This document shows positions 9,375 through 23,757 of a stretch of 64,000 bases of DNA, piece by piece; position 1 is the stretch's first letter; the number at the start of each line of letters is the position of its first letter. The stretch is taken from positions 10,044,001 to 10,108,000 of the forward strand of contig JBHGNT010000012.1 in assembly GCA_043228905.1 (NCBI GenBank), written 5' to 3'. The notes beneath the pieces were generated by a model. It saw only the letters and a program-made list of their open reading frames with translations. It ran no database searches and was not told where the DNA came from. Source of the DNA: Azolla caroliniana. Lineage: Eukaryota; Plantae; Polypodiophyta. Both the position numbers and the translations under genes were made by a program.

Positions 9375-12300
9375 TACTCCCCCCTCTTTAAAACATTGCA
9401 TTCTTGCAATGGAAAGTTAGGGAAATTAGTTCTGAGAGTATTTTCGCGTTCCCATGCGGCATCTTTTATTGATTTATCCATCCATTTTATTTTAAATTCT
9501 CGGATTTCTTTAGTACATAATTTTTTTGTTTTAACATCGAGAATTCTTTCTGGTACATGTGGTTTAGAAGATAATTCTTCAGAAGTAACCACAGTTTCAG
9601 TTGTAATTGTATTGTCGCCAGAACCTAGAAGTTCTTTTAGACGACTCACATGGAAGACTGGATGAATTCCAACACCATCGGGAAGAGCAAGACGATAGGC
9701 TGATGACCCAATGCGTTTGAGGACTGTAAAAGGTCCACAAAATCGTGCGGCTAACTTAGCGCACTTACCCGTAGACAATGTCTTAGAATTGTGAGGTACA
9801 CGTAAAAATACCTTCTGTCTAGGGTTGAATACACAAGGTTGCCTATGATGGTCGGCATAAAAACGCGCTCTATCTTGAGCTGTTTTTATATTATCTCATG
9901 CAATATGCAACATATCTTGCATGCCCCAAAGAAAGTTTTGCGTACTTCGCAACTCATCATGATGTATATTAACATCAATCGGGTCTCGTGGCTGAAAACC
10001 ATAAATCAACATAAAAGGATTATATCCGGTCGACGTATGCTTGGAGCTGTTATAAGCAAACTCCAAAATTGGGAGATAACGTTCCCATTTTGTTGGTTTT
10101 GCACCAACGTATGCTCGAAGCATGTCCTCAATAATTTGATTTACTCGTTCTATCTGTCCATCGAATTGAGGATGATCCGTGGAGCTCATGCTCAACGTAG
10201 TTTCTAACTTCTTAAAGACTTGCGTCCAAAAGTCACTAGTAAATTTTGGATCTCGATCACTCACAATGTCTATCGATAACCCATAAAAACGAAATAATTC
10301 GTCAACGAATTGGTAAGCCAATTCAGGAGCTGTTACCGTGGTTTTAGTAGCAATAAATCTAGCCATTTTAATTAGTCGATCAACGACAACCCAGATGGCA
10401 TCATGACCTTTTTGGGTGCGTGGAAGGCTAACAATAAAATCCATGGATATACATTCCCACTTATTATTGGGAATGTCCAAGGGATGTAAAAGTCCTGCGG
10501 CTTTAAGTCACTCGGCTTTGTTAACCTGACACTGGTGACATTTAGTCACATAGCTATGTATGTCAGGACGCATCTTAGCACAATAAATTTGAGTGGAGAT
10601 GAGAACAAGTGTACAATGTATTCCAAGGTGCCTTGCTGAGGGTGCATCATGGCATTAAAAAAGAATCCTCTTTTTGACCTCGGGTAAATCTGGAACACAA
10701 AACCTTCCTATTACGGTAGAGCAAACCGTTAGCAATGTGGAAGTATTCCTTCGAGGATGTGATGGTGTCTGTTCCAGACTCAACTCTTGCCCAATATTTT
10801 GCAAAATAAATGTCATCAAGATACTTTCCTCGAAGGTGATCATAAAGATCTGATGTTATTTTAGTGAAGCTAAGCATGTTAACTTCACGGATGCGACTTA
10901 GTGCATCAGCGACAGTGTTCATGGAACCTTTACAATATCGTATGGAAAAATCAAAGTCCTGGATGATATCAGCCCATCGTGCCTTACGACCTTTCACGTC
11001 TTGTTGGTCACCAAAATATTTCAAAGACTCATGGTCCGTAGTTACCACAAAGCGATTTCCATAAAGATAACGACGCCATGTTTTGAGCGCATGTATAATT
11101 GCAAATAAATCCTTTTCTTGAACGGTATACCGACATTGAGCAGAATCAAGTTTCTTACTCCGGAATGCTATTGGTTTACCATCTTGATACAAGAGAACAC
11201 CTATAGCATAATCGTTGGCATCGGTTTCAACCTCAAAAGGTTTTGAAGGATCAGGTAAAAGAAGTGAAGGAGCCTTGCAAACCTGGTCCTTGAGTTCCTT
11301 AAAGGCGGGGTCTAGTGTAGCATTCCACACAATAGGTTTTGTAAACTTACGCGTTTGACCTTCTCAAAGATCACTAAACGGCGTCGTCAATTGGGAGTAA
11401 TTACGAAGAGACTTTCGCAAAAACCCGACAAAACCAAGGAATGATCGAACTTCTCGAATATTCCGAAGAGTGGGCCAAAGCTTAATTTTCTCAATGCGAG
11501 AAGGATCAATTTCAACTCCTCGTTTGGTTATGAGATGTCCTAGATAAGTAATTGATTTCTTGAAGAACTCACATTTTGAGATCTTCGCATAAAACTGTTT
11601 GTCACGCAATGTTTGTAAAACAAAGCGGACATGTCTAGCATGTTCTTGTAATGTACGGCTATAAACTAAAATATCGTCCAAGAAAATAACAACAAATTTT
11701 CCAAGTTGTTCTCGGGAAATGTCATTCATTTCTTGTTGAAAAGTAGCCGGAGCATTGGTCAAACCAAAAGGCATAACCAAAAACTCGTAATGGCCATAGC
11801 GCGTACGAAATGCCGTTTTAGGAACATCGTCCTCACTTATTCGTATTTGATGGTAGCCAGTATGGAGATCAAGTTTCATAAAATACCGAGCTCCCTGGAG
11901 ACGGTCAATTAGATCGTCAGCCCGGGGCAATGGATGCGAATTCTTGATCGTCACTTTATTCAAGCGTCGGTAATTAATACACATACGCCATGTGCCCTCT
12001 TTCTTTTTAACCAAGAGAACTGGTGCACCCCATGGAGATTTACTATAACGTATCTAACCCATTCGTAAATAGTCCTTGAGTAGCTTAGATACCTCATCTT
12101 CTTCGGATCAACTTAAGCGATACAGAGGTATACTTATTGGGGCAACACCAGGTACAATATCTATACGATGTTCTACATTTCCTTTAGGAGGTAACCCATC
12201 AGGTAGTTCATTTGGAAAAAAATCATGAAAATCATTTAAGATTTCATCAAGTTGTTGTTGTTCAAAAATATGTTAATTGAACCGAGACATTATCGGTATT

Positions 12301-13785
12301 ATAAACGTGAATGCCCAGATCAAGTGCACAATAAAATAGAGTAGAACAAGACAACTCAGATATTGATGGACACGAGGAAACAATCGAGAGGGATTGTTAT
12401 TTTACACATTGAATAAAATGTGTACAATCGTTCAGTACAAAAGAAATGGAATGACGAACCCAATCAATAAATAAAGAAGAGTTTTTATTATAAAACCAGG
12501 GATAACCCAGTATTACATCGGTGGTACAAAGATTCATTACATGGAAGTGTACTTCCTCTATAAAAGTATCAATAGAAATTCCTAATGAATGAATCGCCCC
12601 GTTGATGTATTGTACTCTTCCATCAGCCAAGTGCACCGTGTAGGTGTGATCACTTACAGTGGGTTGGATTCCCCATATCTGAACCAAATGATCATTTACA
12701 AAATTGTGTGAGCTTCCCGAATCAAATAAAAATTGTACGGGAGATCCATTGATATACCCGTTTGCACGTAGTAAATCATTGGGATCCAATACATAGTGAG
12801 GGAAACAACATTGACAATTACTTAAATGATGTGTATAGACCTGAAGGACATTAGGAATCTGACCTTTATGGTCTGCAGCTTTAGCTTTGTTGTCGTGCTC
12901 TTTCCGTTGGAGCTTCCAACATTGATCTTTTGTGTGACCCTTCTTTTTGCAGAATACGCAAAATGAATGTTGTCGCTTACAATCACGATCCAGGAATTCG
13001 TTGGGTGTCTTGTGTTTCCCAACAATTTGTGATTGCTTAGTCCCCGGCGCTTCGTTGGGTTTGTTGTAGTCCTTCTTCGAAGTGAGTTGATAGTGAAGAA
13101 CTATTTCAACGGCCTCTTCGAAGGATTTTGGATCCTTATCGTGCACTATCCAGTGATAGTCCGAATTGGGGATGCCATTGACAAAACAAGCTATCAACCA
13201 ATTGTCCCCTTCTAGACCTGATTTTTGGATTTGGGTTCTAGCATGGTGAACATAGTCTTCTAGCGAGGAAAATTGGCTCATTAAAGCTTGTGCTTGCTCG
13301 GTTCGAGAGGGAGGTTGCAGAAATTGGCCCTTAAAAACCGTGACAAAATCTGTCCAGGTATCAGACAATTTCCCCATAGTACGGAGCCCACGCCACCAGG
13401 CGGTGGCCTTCCTACCGAGTTCTCGGCCAACATATGCAATCTTCGTACTATCTGGCGTGGGATAGAGCTCAAAATGAGACTCCCATCGTCCCAGCCATGT
13501 GCAGATTGCGTCTTCGATTGTTTCCTTTTTGTCTCCCATAAATGGCTTAACGACAAATGATGGTTCACCTTATCGCTCATCAGGTCTATTAGTCTCACGT
13601 TTTAGACTAATGACACGTGCTTCAAGAGCACTCTGAGATTGCCGAAGTTCGGTCATCTGTTGAGCGGTGAAACTAAGGTATTGGGTTATTTATGCCAAAT
13701 ACATCTCAGTGGACATTTGTCCAGGAGGATTCCCTTGATTTCCGTCCACTTGAGCGGATAACATCGGGTCGTGAATTTGAGCCAT
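9353..13785 (-). pseudogene. gag-pol: gag-pol of Gypsy B, disrupted
   Basis: [22 protein letters not shown]; RNase H VETDA; integrase ISMDFI..IVSDRD..DGQIERVN; GPF motif; chromodomain PERILDVK..EFKIKW..AAWE. Several stops and frameshifts; frame reads through the PPT into the LTR. Confidence 0.93.
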
Positions 13786-13888
13786 TAAAGATTATTTCTG
13801 GAAAAGAAATAGGATAAGGTCAGAGAGATAGTCATAACATCATGTCGCGATGTAAACATATCCTGGGCAAACATTAATCGATATCATG

Positions 13889-14048
13889 ATCTCACGTCAA
13901 TACCCCTCTAGACGTATGAGTTGAGGTTCAAGATCAGGTTACTATGGTAACATAAAGGTGTTTTAGAAACCATGGGGGTGACAATTTAATGTCTTTTCCT
14001 GATCTCTATATCGATTTTTTCATGGTGGCTCCCCAAGGCTCAACCATG
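13889..14048 (-). promoter_or_regulatory. Conserved structured RNA element in Gypsy B leader
   Basis: Copy of 1393-1552 with all stems retained. Confidence 0.58.
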
Positions 14049-14320
14049 TATGTTCGCGTCATGAATAGTTTATACACGAAAAAAATGTTAACAATAAACT
14101 ATGTTTCGGTGCCCACATATGTGGTTTCGGCTCTTTAAGTCCTATTACGAGGACCCCGAGGTGCACTTAGACCTTAAATCTAAACATGTGTTATAGTCAT
14201 ATGTATCAAGGATGTTGTATGGTCTTGGTCATATTTGAACTCGAGACCAAATACGTTAAACACTTGAGCCACCCAAGTAAGTTGTTCTTCTCGAATGCTT
14301 AATGTTTGATCTCTTATTTG

Positions 14321-17300
14321 TAGACCTGATGAGTGATAAGGTGAACCATCATTTGTCGTTAAGCCATTTACGGGAGACAAAAAGGAAAGAACCGAAGAAG
14401 CAATCTGCACATGGCTTGGACGATGGGATTCTCATTTTGAGCTCTATCCCACGCCAGATAGTACGAAGATTGCATATGTCGGCCGAGAACTCGGGGGTAA
14501 GGCCGCCGCCTGGTGGCGTGGGTTCCGTACTATGGGGAAATTGCCTGATACCTGGACAGATTTTGTCACGGTTTTTAAGGGCCAATTTCTGCAACCTCCC
14601 TCTCGTACTGAGGCAGCACAAGCTTCAATGAACCTCTCTAGCAGGAAATTTTCCTCGCTAGAAGACTATGTTCACCATGCTAGAACCCAAATCCAAAAAT
14701 CGGGTCTAGAAGGGGACAATTGGTTGATAGCTTGTTTTGTCAATGGCATCCCCAATTCGGACTATCACTGGATAGTGCATGATAAGGATCCAAAATCCTT
14801 CGAAGAGCCCGTTGAAATAGTTCTTCGCTATCAACGCACTTCGAAGAAGGACCACAACAAACCCAACGAAGCACCCGGGACTAAGCAGTCGCAATTTGTT
14901 GGGAAACGCAAGACACCCAACGAATTCCTGGATCGTGATTGTAAGCGACAACATCCTTTTTGCGTATTCTGCAAAAAGAAGGGTCACACAAAAGAGCAAT
15001 GTCAAAAGCTCCAACGGAAAGAGCACAACAGCAAACCTAAAGCTTCAGACCATAAAGGTTAGATTCGTAATGTCCTTCAAGTCTATACACATCATTCACT
15101 ATGTATGGGGTCCCAATGATTTACTATGTGCAAACGGGTATATCAATGGATCTCCTGTAGAATTTTTATTTGATTCGGGAAGCTCACACAATTTTGTAAA
15201 TGATCGTTTGGTTCAGATATGGGGAATCCAACCCACCGTAAGTGATCACACCTACGCGGTGCACTTGGCTGATGGAAGAGTACAATACATCAACGGGGCG
15301 ATTCATTCATTAGGAATTTCTATTGATACTTATATAGAGGAAGTAGACTTCCATGTAATGAATCTTTGTACCACCGATGTAATACTGGGTTATCCCTGGT
15401 TTTATAATAAAAACTCTTCTTTATTTATTGATTGGGTTCGCCATTCCATTTCTTTTCTACTGAACGATTGTACGCGTTTTATTCAATATATCAAGCAACA
15501 ATGCCTCTCGATTGTTTCCTCTTGTTCAACAAAATCCGAGTTGTCTTGTTCTACGTTATTTTATTGTTTACTTGATCCGGACATTCACGTTTACAATATC
15601 GATAATGTCCCGGTTCAATAAACATATTTTGAACAACAACAACTTGATGAAATCTTAAATGATTTTCATGATGTTTTTACAAGTTAACTACCTGATGGGT
15701 TACCTTCTAAACGTAATATAGACCATCGTATAGATATTGTACCTGGTGTTGCACCAATAAGTGTACCTCCGTATCGCTTAAGTCGATCCGAAGAAGATGA
15801 GGTATCTAAGCAACTTAAGGACTATTTACGAATGGGTTATATACGTTATAGTAAATCTCCATGGGGTGCACCAGTTCTCTTGGTAAAAAAGAAAGAGGGC
15901 ACATGGCGTATGTGTATTAATTACCGACGCTTGAATAAAGTGACGATCAAGAATTCGTACCCATTGCCCCGGGCTAACGATCTAATTGACCGTCTCTAGG
16001 GAGCTCGGTATTTTACGAAACTTGATCTCCGTACTGGCTACCATCAAATACGAATAAGTGAGGATGATGTTCCTAAAACGGCATTTCGTACGCGCTATGG
16101 CTATTACGAGTTTTTGGTTATGCCTTTTGGTTTGACCAATGCTCTGGCTACTTTTCAACAAGAAATGAATGACATTTTCCCAGAACAACTTGGAAAATTT
16201 GTTGTTATTTTCTTGGATTATATTTTAGTTTATAGCCGTGCACTAAAAGAACATGCTAGACATGTTCGCTTTGTTTTACAAACATTGCGTGACAAACAAT
16301 TTTATGCGAAGATCTCAAAATGTGAGTTCTTCAAGAAATCAATTACTTATCTAGGACATCTCATAACCGAACGAGGAGTTGAAATTGATCCTTCTCGCAT
16401 TGAGAAAATCAAGCTTTGGCCCACTCTTCGGAATATTCGAGAAGTTCGATCATTCCTTGGTTTTGTCGGGTTTTTGCGAAAGTCTCTTCGTAATTACTCC
16501 CAATTGACGACGCCGTTTACTGATCTATGAGAAGGTCAAATGCGTAAGTTTACAAAACCTATTGTGTGGAATGCTACACTAGACCCCGCCTTTAAGGAAC
16601 TCAAGGACCTGGTTTGCAAGGCTCCTTCACTTCTTTTACCTGATCCTTCAAAACCTTTTGAGGTTGAAACCGATGCAAGCGATTATGCTATAGGTGCTGT
16701 CTTGTATCAAGCTGGTAAACCAATAGCATTCGAGAGTAAGAAACTTGATTCTGCTCAATGTTAGTATACCGTTCAAGAAAAGGAATTATTTGCAGTTATA
16801 CATGCGCTCAAAACATGGCGCCATTATCTTTATGGAAATCGCTTTGTGGTAACTACGGACCACGAGTCTTGAAATATTTTTGTGACCAACAAGACCTGAA
16901 AGGTCGTAAGGCACGATGGGTTGATGTCATCCAGGACTTTGATTTTTCCATACGATATCGTAAAGGTTCCATGAACACTGTCGCTGATGCACTAAGTCGC
17001 ATCCGTGAAGTTAACATGCTTAGCTTCACTGAAATAACATCAGATCTTTATGATCACCTTCGAGGAAAGTATCCTAATGACAGTTATTTTGCAAAATACT
17101 GGGCAAGAGTTGAGTCTGGAACAGACACCACCACATCCTCGAAGGAATACTTCCACATTGCTAACGGTTTGCTCTACCGTAATGGGAAGGTTTGTGTTCC
17201 AGATTTACCCGAGGTAAAAAAGAGGATTCTTTTTTAATGCCATGATGCATCCTCAACAGGGCACCCTGGAATACATCGTACACTCGTTCTCATCTCCACT

Positions 17301-18975
17301 CAATTTTATTGTGCTAAGATGCTTCTTGACATACATAACTATGTGACTAAATGTCACAAGTGTTAGGTTAACAAAGCCGAGCGACTGAAAGCCGCAAGAC
17401 TTTTACATTCCTTGGACATTCCCAATAATAAGTGGGAATTTATATCCATGGATTTTATTGTTAGCCTTCCTCGCACCCAAAAAGGTCATGATACCATATG
17501 GGTTGTCGTTGATCGACTAACTAAAATGGCCAGATTTATTGCTACTAAAACCACGGTAACAACTCCTGAATTCGCTTACCAATTCGTTGACGAATTATTT
17601 CGTTTTTATGGGTTATTGATGGATGTCGTGAGTGATCGAGATCTAAAGTTTACTAGTGACTTCTGGACGCAAGTCTTTAAGAAGTTAGAAACTACGTTGA
17701 GCATGAGCTCCACAAATCATTCTCAATTCGATGGACAGATAGAATGAGTAAATCAAATTATTGAGGACATGCTTCGAGCATACGGTGGTGCAAAACCAAC
17801 AAAATGGGAACGTTATCTCCCAATTTTGGAGTTTGCTTATAACAGCTCCAAGCATACGTCGACGGGATATAGTCCTTTTATGTTGATGTATGGTTTTCAG
17901 CCACGAGCCCCGATTGATGTTAATATACATCATGATGAGTTGCGAAGTATGCAAAACTTTCTTTGGGGCATGCAAGATATGTTGCATATTGCACGAGATA
18001 ATATAAAAACAGCTCAAGATAGAGCGTGTTTTTATGCCGACCATCATAGGCAACCTCGTGCATTCAACCCTAGACAGAAGGTATTTTTACGTGTACCTCA
18101 CAATTCTAAGACATTGTCTACGGGTAAGTGCGCTAAGTTAGCCCCACGGTTTTGTGGACCTTTTACAGTCCTCAAACGCATTGGGTCATCAGCCTATCGT
18201 CTCGTTCTTCCCGATGGTGTTGGAATTCATCTAGTCTTCCATGTGAGTCGTCTAAAAGAACTTCTAGGTTCTGGCAACAACACAGTTACAACTGACACTC
18301 TGGTTACTTCTGAAGATTTATCTTCGAAACCACATGTACCAGAAAGAATTCTCTATGTTAAAACAAAAAAGTTACGTACTAAAGAAATTCGAGAATTAAA
18401 ATTAAATGGATGGAACAATCTATCAAAGATGCCACCTGGGAACCCGAGAATACTCTAAGAACAAACTTCCCTAACTTTCCATTGCAAGAGTGCAATGTTT
18501 TAAAGAAGGGGAGGGGAGTATGTTACGAACATGACCATTTAATATCCAGTGGTGCGAATTTACCGTAGTATTCTATACACGTGGATAAGTGTGAGGGTTA
18601 AACGAGAGTGTAAAGAAGGGGAGGATTACTTTTAATCCTCGGGATTGAGACAACCCATTAGGTCAAGTGTGAACTTGCCTAGGGGCCTTGGGTATCGCTA
18701 TAAATAAGAGCCCTAGCTACCCTCATTTGATCATCTTTTGACTACATCGAGACTCTGCTCTTGTGGTTGGTCAACTCTTGTAGAGAGTGTGCCAGAACCA
18801 AGTACGACTCGACGCCACGACGGTGGTATGGGACGCCGATCGAGGCTCGAGTCCGTCTCGATCCCTTCGCTCGGGGGTGGTCGGGTGGATCGACACCCTT
18901 CTTTCTCTTTCTCCTTTCTATCTATCATTAGTTTATCCTTATCTTAAGCTTACTTTAGTACCTAGATCTCTAATA
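14321..18975 (+). mobile_element. Ty3/Gypsy chromovirus copy C (5'-truncated within gag), inverted relative to B
   Basis: Disrupted gag-pol ORFs 14532..18458, PPT AAAGAAGGGGAGGGGAG 18502-18518, 3' LTR 18521-18975. Confidence 0.95.
18521..18975 (+). repeat. 3' LTR of Gypsy C
   Basis: Reverse complement of LTRs A and B; TGTTACG start after the PPT. Confidence 0.93.
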
Positions 18976-19214
18976 CATTTGGTGAAGATGCCACCCCCTT
19001 GGTGCAACAACCGCTAGCACCACACGAACTGTCGTCATCTTCGCTACCGGAGTAAAGGTCTCGTCATAGTCGATTCCGTCGGTGTATGCGAATTGCTTGG
19101 CCACAAACCGGGCTTTGTACCGGTTGAAAGAACCGTCAGCATTATACTTCACCTTTTACACCCAGTTGAAACCGATTGGTTTGCAATGTCGGGGAGGGTC
19201 AACCAGGTCCCATG
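18976..19214 (-). pseudogene. Copia RT fragment F (host of C and E), left part
   Basis: [47 protein letters not shown]. Confidence 0.85.
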
Positions 19215-19731
19215 TGTAGGGAATGAAGAAGGCCATCAGTGCGGAAGAGATCACACAGTATGAATCTGTGAGGAAGAAATACCTGCGTATGAGAGAGGCA
19301 AGAACAAATTACGTATAGAGAGAGAGAGAGAGAGAGAGGCACAAAGAATATATCTATATTCATAAAGGGGCAACCGTTACAACAATGAACAACCAACCTT
19401 TACAAAAGGTTACAAAGTCACTTTATATAGTGACTCACTTAGGGCAACTGCCCTTTATGTTATTTACAGAAATAGCCCGAACTTGGGCTCTCTAAGAGGA
19501 TAGTGTGAATACGTCCATTATACATTTGTATTCGACACTCCCCCGTAATGGGCGTATACATGGGTTATCTAAAAAATACAGGTATAGGCATAGGTTCTCG
19601 GACAGGTCGGTTTTGTTCGAATCGGCATGATCCGTAGACAGAAGACCGAACTGGTCGGGTCGGAAAAGCTGAAGCCGATCGTCAGTGAACCGATGTCTGT
19701 TGTCCAAAACCATCTTGCACTATGTCCGCCT

Positions 19732-22700
19732 TCAACCGGACCGATATGTTGTTACGCCCATCTGTTGCCGAAGAGACCGGAACCGGTCTGCCGAAAGACA
19801 CTTGGTCATTCCATCTGCGACATTATCGGTTGTGGATATCTTCTCTAAACCGATTTTCCCGGAAATGACACAGTCCCGAACGAAGTGATATCGAACTTCG
19901 ATATGCTTGGAGGCATTGTGATGAACCGGATTTTTCGACAAAGCAACAACACTCTGACTGTCGCTGTAGACAACTGGAGCCGAGTCGGAGTCGACTTGCC
20001 GAAACGTGTGCGCCAGCCGACCGAGCCATAAAGCTTCTTTCGTTGCGTCGGAGGCAGCTACATATTCTGCTTCGGTAGTTGAGGTGGTTGTGCACTCCTG
20101 AAGTTTTGACTTCCACTAGATTGCTCCATTGCCGAATTAAAAGCAATATCCGGTTGTTGACTTGCGACTGTCCACACAGCCGGCGAAGTCCGAGTCGGTG
20201 TAACCGGCTACGCCTGAAGTTGAGTTCGGACCGACAAGGATGCCGTGGTCTTTTGTGCCAGCTAAATATCTAAACACATGCTTGACTGCGTTCCAGTGAG
20301 ATCGGTCGGGATTGTGCATAAATCTGTTGATAACTCCTACGGCGTGAGAAATATCAGGTCGTGTCGCGACCATCGCGTACATCAGAGAGCCTACTGCCGG
20401 TGCATACGGTACCGACTTCATGTCTTCCCCCTCCGGACCGGATGTCGGGCAGTCTCACTGAGAAAGCCGAAGATGAATGGGGAGCGGGGTCGAAGCAGAC
20501 TTGGCCGATTGCATGTTGAAGCGTTCCAAGACACGTCTGATGTAGTCGGTTTGAGACAGAAAAAGCTGTCTTTTGGCGCGATTCCGACTAATCTTCATTC
20601 CGAGTATGTGTCTTGCAGGACCGAGGTCCTTCATGGCAAACTTCAATCGCAGTTTCCGAACGAGTTCGGTGAGCTCTCCGGTATGCCGACCGGAGAGTAG
20701 CATGTCGTCCACGTAGATGATGAGGAAGACGGGAGGACCGTCTTGAGCTGTTTTGGTGAAGAGGCAGTGGTCCTTATCGCTCTTGGAGAAGCCGACCGAC
20801 TGGATGAAATCGTCGAACTTCTTGTACCACTGTCGGGGTGCCTGTTTCAGGCTATAAAAACTCTTCCTGAGTCGGCAGACTAGATGTTCCTGACCGGTGG
20901 CCACAAAGCCTTTCGACTGCTCCATGTAGATTTCCTCCTTTAGATCACCGTGGAGGAATGCCGTTTTCACATCTAGCTGAATCAGCTCCAAATTGTCGGC
21001 GGCCACAACATCGAGCATGAAACGAAGGGTTGTCATTTTCACCACTGGTGAAAAGATTTCGTCGAAGTCGACGCCATATTCCTGTCGAAATCCCTTCGCA
21101 ACTAATCTGGCCTTGTACTTTGGGGTGGTCGAGTCGGACATCTCCTTTAGTCTATAGACCCACTTGCAAGGTAGAGCACGTCGATTCTTCGGTAAGTCGA
21201 CCAGATCCCAAGTCTTGTTGGCGCGGATGGAGTGCATTTCTGACTCCATTGCCAGATGCTAGGTGGCTGAATCGGCAGCTGCCGATGCTTCTTCGTAGGA
21301 CGTCGGTTCGCCGGCGTCGGTGAAGAAAATTCCGGGAGAGTACCTCTCCGAAGGTTGCGACAGTCTCTCAGATCTTCGAGGTATGACTAGATTGGTCGCA
21401 CCGGGTGTCGATGTCGGATGGTTGGAAGTCAAACCATTTAGTTGTGCCGAATCTGTGGATTCGGTGCGAGAGAAGTCGGTTACCCGTGAAACCGGTCTCG
21501 TGTTGTGTGCTGGGCCGTCATGAAGGGTTGGCACTTCGGAAAATATTACCCTTCGGACTTCCATAGGCCTTTCGGCCGTTTTGTGCATAGTCGACTCGTT
21601 GAACATGACGTCCGAATTTCGGACGATTTGCCTGTGCTTGGGGTCCCAAAGTCGGTATCCGATCTCGCCGTCGGGTCCGTACCCGAGGAAAACGCATTTC
21701 CTTGATCTCGGTTCGAGCTTTCGGCGGTCGTCTTTCGGTATGAGGGCGTATGCCTCGCAACCGAAAATCCTCAGCTTATCATAATTCGGTTTTTTGCCGG
21801 TCCATATTTCCTGAGGTATCTTAAGTCCTAGAGGTCTACTTGGCGACATATTGATTATGTGTACTGCCGTGAGTAGAGCCTCTGCCCAGAAGCCACCCGA
21901 CAGTCCGGAGTGTTGGAGCATGGATACAACGCGTTCTTGAATCGTTCGATTCATGCGTTCTACGATTCCGTTCTGCTCCGGACTATATGGTGCCGTATAT
22001 TCACGTCTAATGCCGCGTTCTCGGCAAAATTTGATGAATTCATCAGATTTGAACTCACCTCCATTGTCGGTTCAGAGACACTTCACTTTCCGACCGGTCT
22101 GGTTTTCGACCATTGCGAGCCAATCTGAGAAGATCGAGAACACCCGATCTTTGGTTCTGATGGGGTAAGCCCACACCTTCCGAGTCGAGTCGTCAATGAA
22201 ACTGACGAAGTACGAGGCACTACCGAGTGACTGATGCGGCATCGGGCCACAGACGTCCGAGTGGACCAAATCAAGCGGGCTCGACTCTCTTGGTGCTGAT
22301 GTCGGGTGTGATGCGGCTACCTGTTTGCTGTATTGGCAATGCTCTCAAAACTGATGGTCCGAGAAGGAGAGTTTCGGGATGTATCCGGCTCTGGATAGGT
22401 GCGTGATGCTGGTCTCGCTGAGGTGTCCAAGTCGTCCATGCCATAAGGATGACACAGGGATATCAACCAGAAATAAGTCACTCTCTCTGAGTGTGACATA
22501 CAAAGGGTACAATGAGTGTACCTTTGGTCCTCTAGCAAGCAGGAGGTTCCCTCAGTGGAGTGTCAACCCTCCTGATGAGAAACCAACACGGATGCCAACT
22601 TCATCAAGTTGTTCGACTGAGATCAAGGGTCGTGAGAGCTCAGGAACGTGTCGGACGTTGTGTAGTACGAGTGTAGAGCCACCCGGAAGGTTGAGATCTA

Positions 22701-23757
22701 CGATGCCGATTCTGATGATAGCACAGTGCTGCGAATTTCCGACTCGAACTGAGTCAGAGTGTCAGTCCGAATATTGCCGAAACTGTGATCAGTGAGGTGT
22801 CACGTGATACGATGCGCCCGAGTCCAGAAGCCATGTGCTCGATTCCTCAGTCGTAAGCAGAACTTCTGATTTGACTAGATTCTCTATGGACAATATTTTC
22901 GGGTCGGTCATCAATATCTCGGCTGAAGAGCCGACGTAGTTGACTTCCTCATGTCGGTTACTCCTCTGATCAGCTCTCTGAGCTTTGTCTTTCTTTGACT
23001 TGAGTACCCCACAGTCGGCCTTGATGTGTCCCGGTTTGTTGCAGTAGTTGCAGATTCGGGTTTCCCGGGACTTGCTGCGGCTTCGCTGATTTGTCGGTGG
23101 TCGGGAAAAACTTCTTCCCCGGTTGTTCGATCAGTCGGTCGAACCTTGTACTACATAGGCTTCTTCTGCCGAGTCTTTGGTGAAAGACTTTCTCCAAGTT
23201 GCTTCAGTCAGGATTGCACTTGTGACTTCGGAGTACTTGATGGCAGTCGTAGAAGCGTTACACACAGTTGGAACGAAGGTTTCCCAAGAGGAGGGGAGAT
23301 TGCTCATGAGTATCATTGCTTTGAGTTCATCCTCGATTGTCGTCCCCTGTGACGAGATTTGGGAGCTCAAACTTTCGTACTCGTTAAGGTGTGCCTGAAC
23401 CGAATCGGAGTCTTTCATCCGTAGGTTGTAGAGGCACCGGATCAAATACATCTTCGTTGAGGAGACCTTCTTTTCGTAGGTTTCCGACAGCTTCTTCCAA
23501 AGTTCGAAGGCTGTCATGCACGATTGCACTGTGAAGTACACTGACTCCGACAGGTGCATCCGAATCGTGGCGCGGATGATTCTGTCCAGCTTCTGTCACT
23601 CATTTGCCTTGTATATTTCTGGAGCAGTTTCATTCTCAATCGGATCAATCTAACCCTTGACTATAAGATAGTCCTGAATTTGCTCCTTCCAAAAATTGAA
23701 GTTCGAACCGTGGAACCTCCTTAGACTCATTTCCGATGAGCCGGATGTTGATGCCAT
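19732..23757 (-). pseudogene. gag-pol: gag-pol of Copia E, disrupted
   Basis: gag MASTSGSSEMSLRRF; PR LLDSGAS; INT VHSDVCGPM..FIDD; RT QLDVKTAFLHG..YVDD; RNase H YTDSDFAG. Multiple stops. Confidence 0.92.

Larger units (their letters stand above)
8920..14310 (-). mobile_element. Ty3/Gypsy chromovirus copy B (5' LTR and part of leader deleted)
   Basis: 3' LTR 8920-9374, PPT GAGGGGGGAG at 9377-9386, domain order gag-PR-RT-RH-INT-chromodomain. Confidence 0.95.

Noticed and set aside
19316-19338. (GA)n microsatellites in several LTRs
   Set aside because: Ordinary feature of plant LTRs, duplicated with the LTR.
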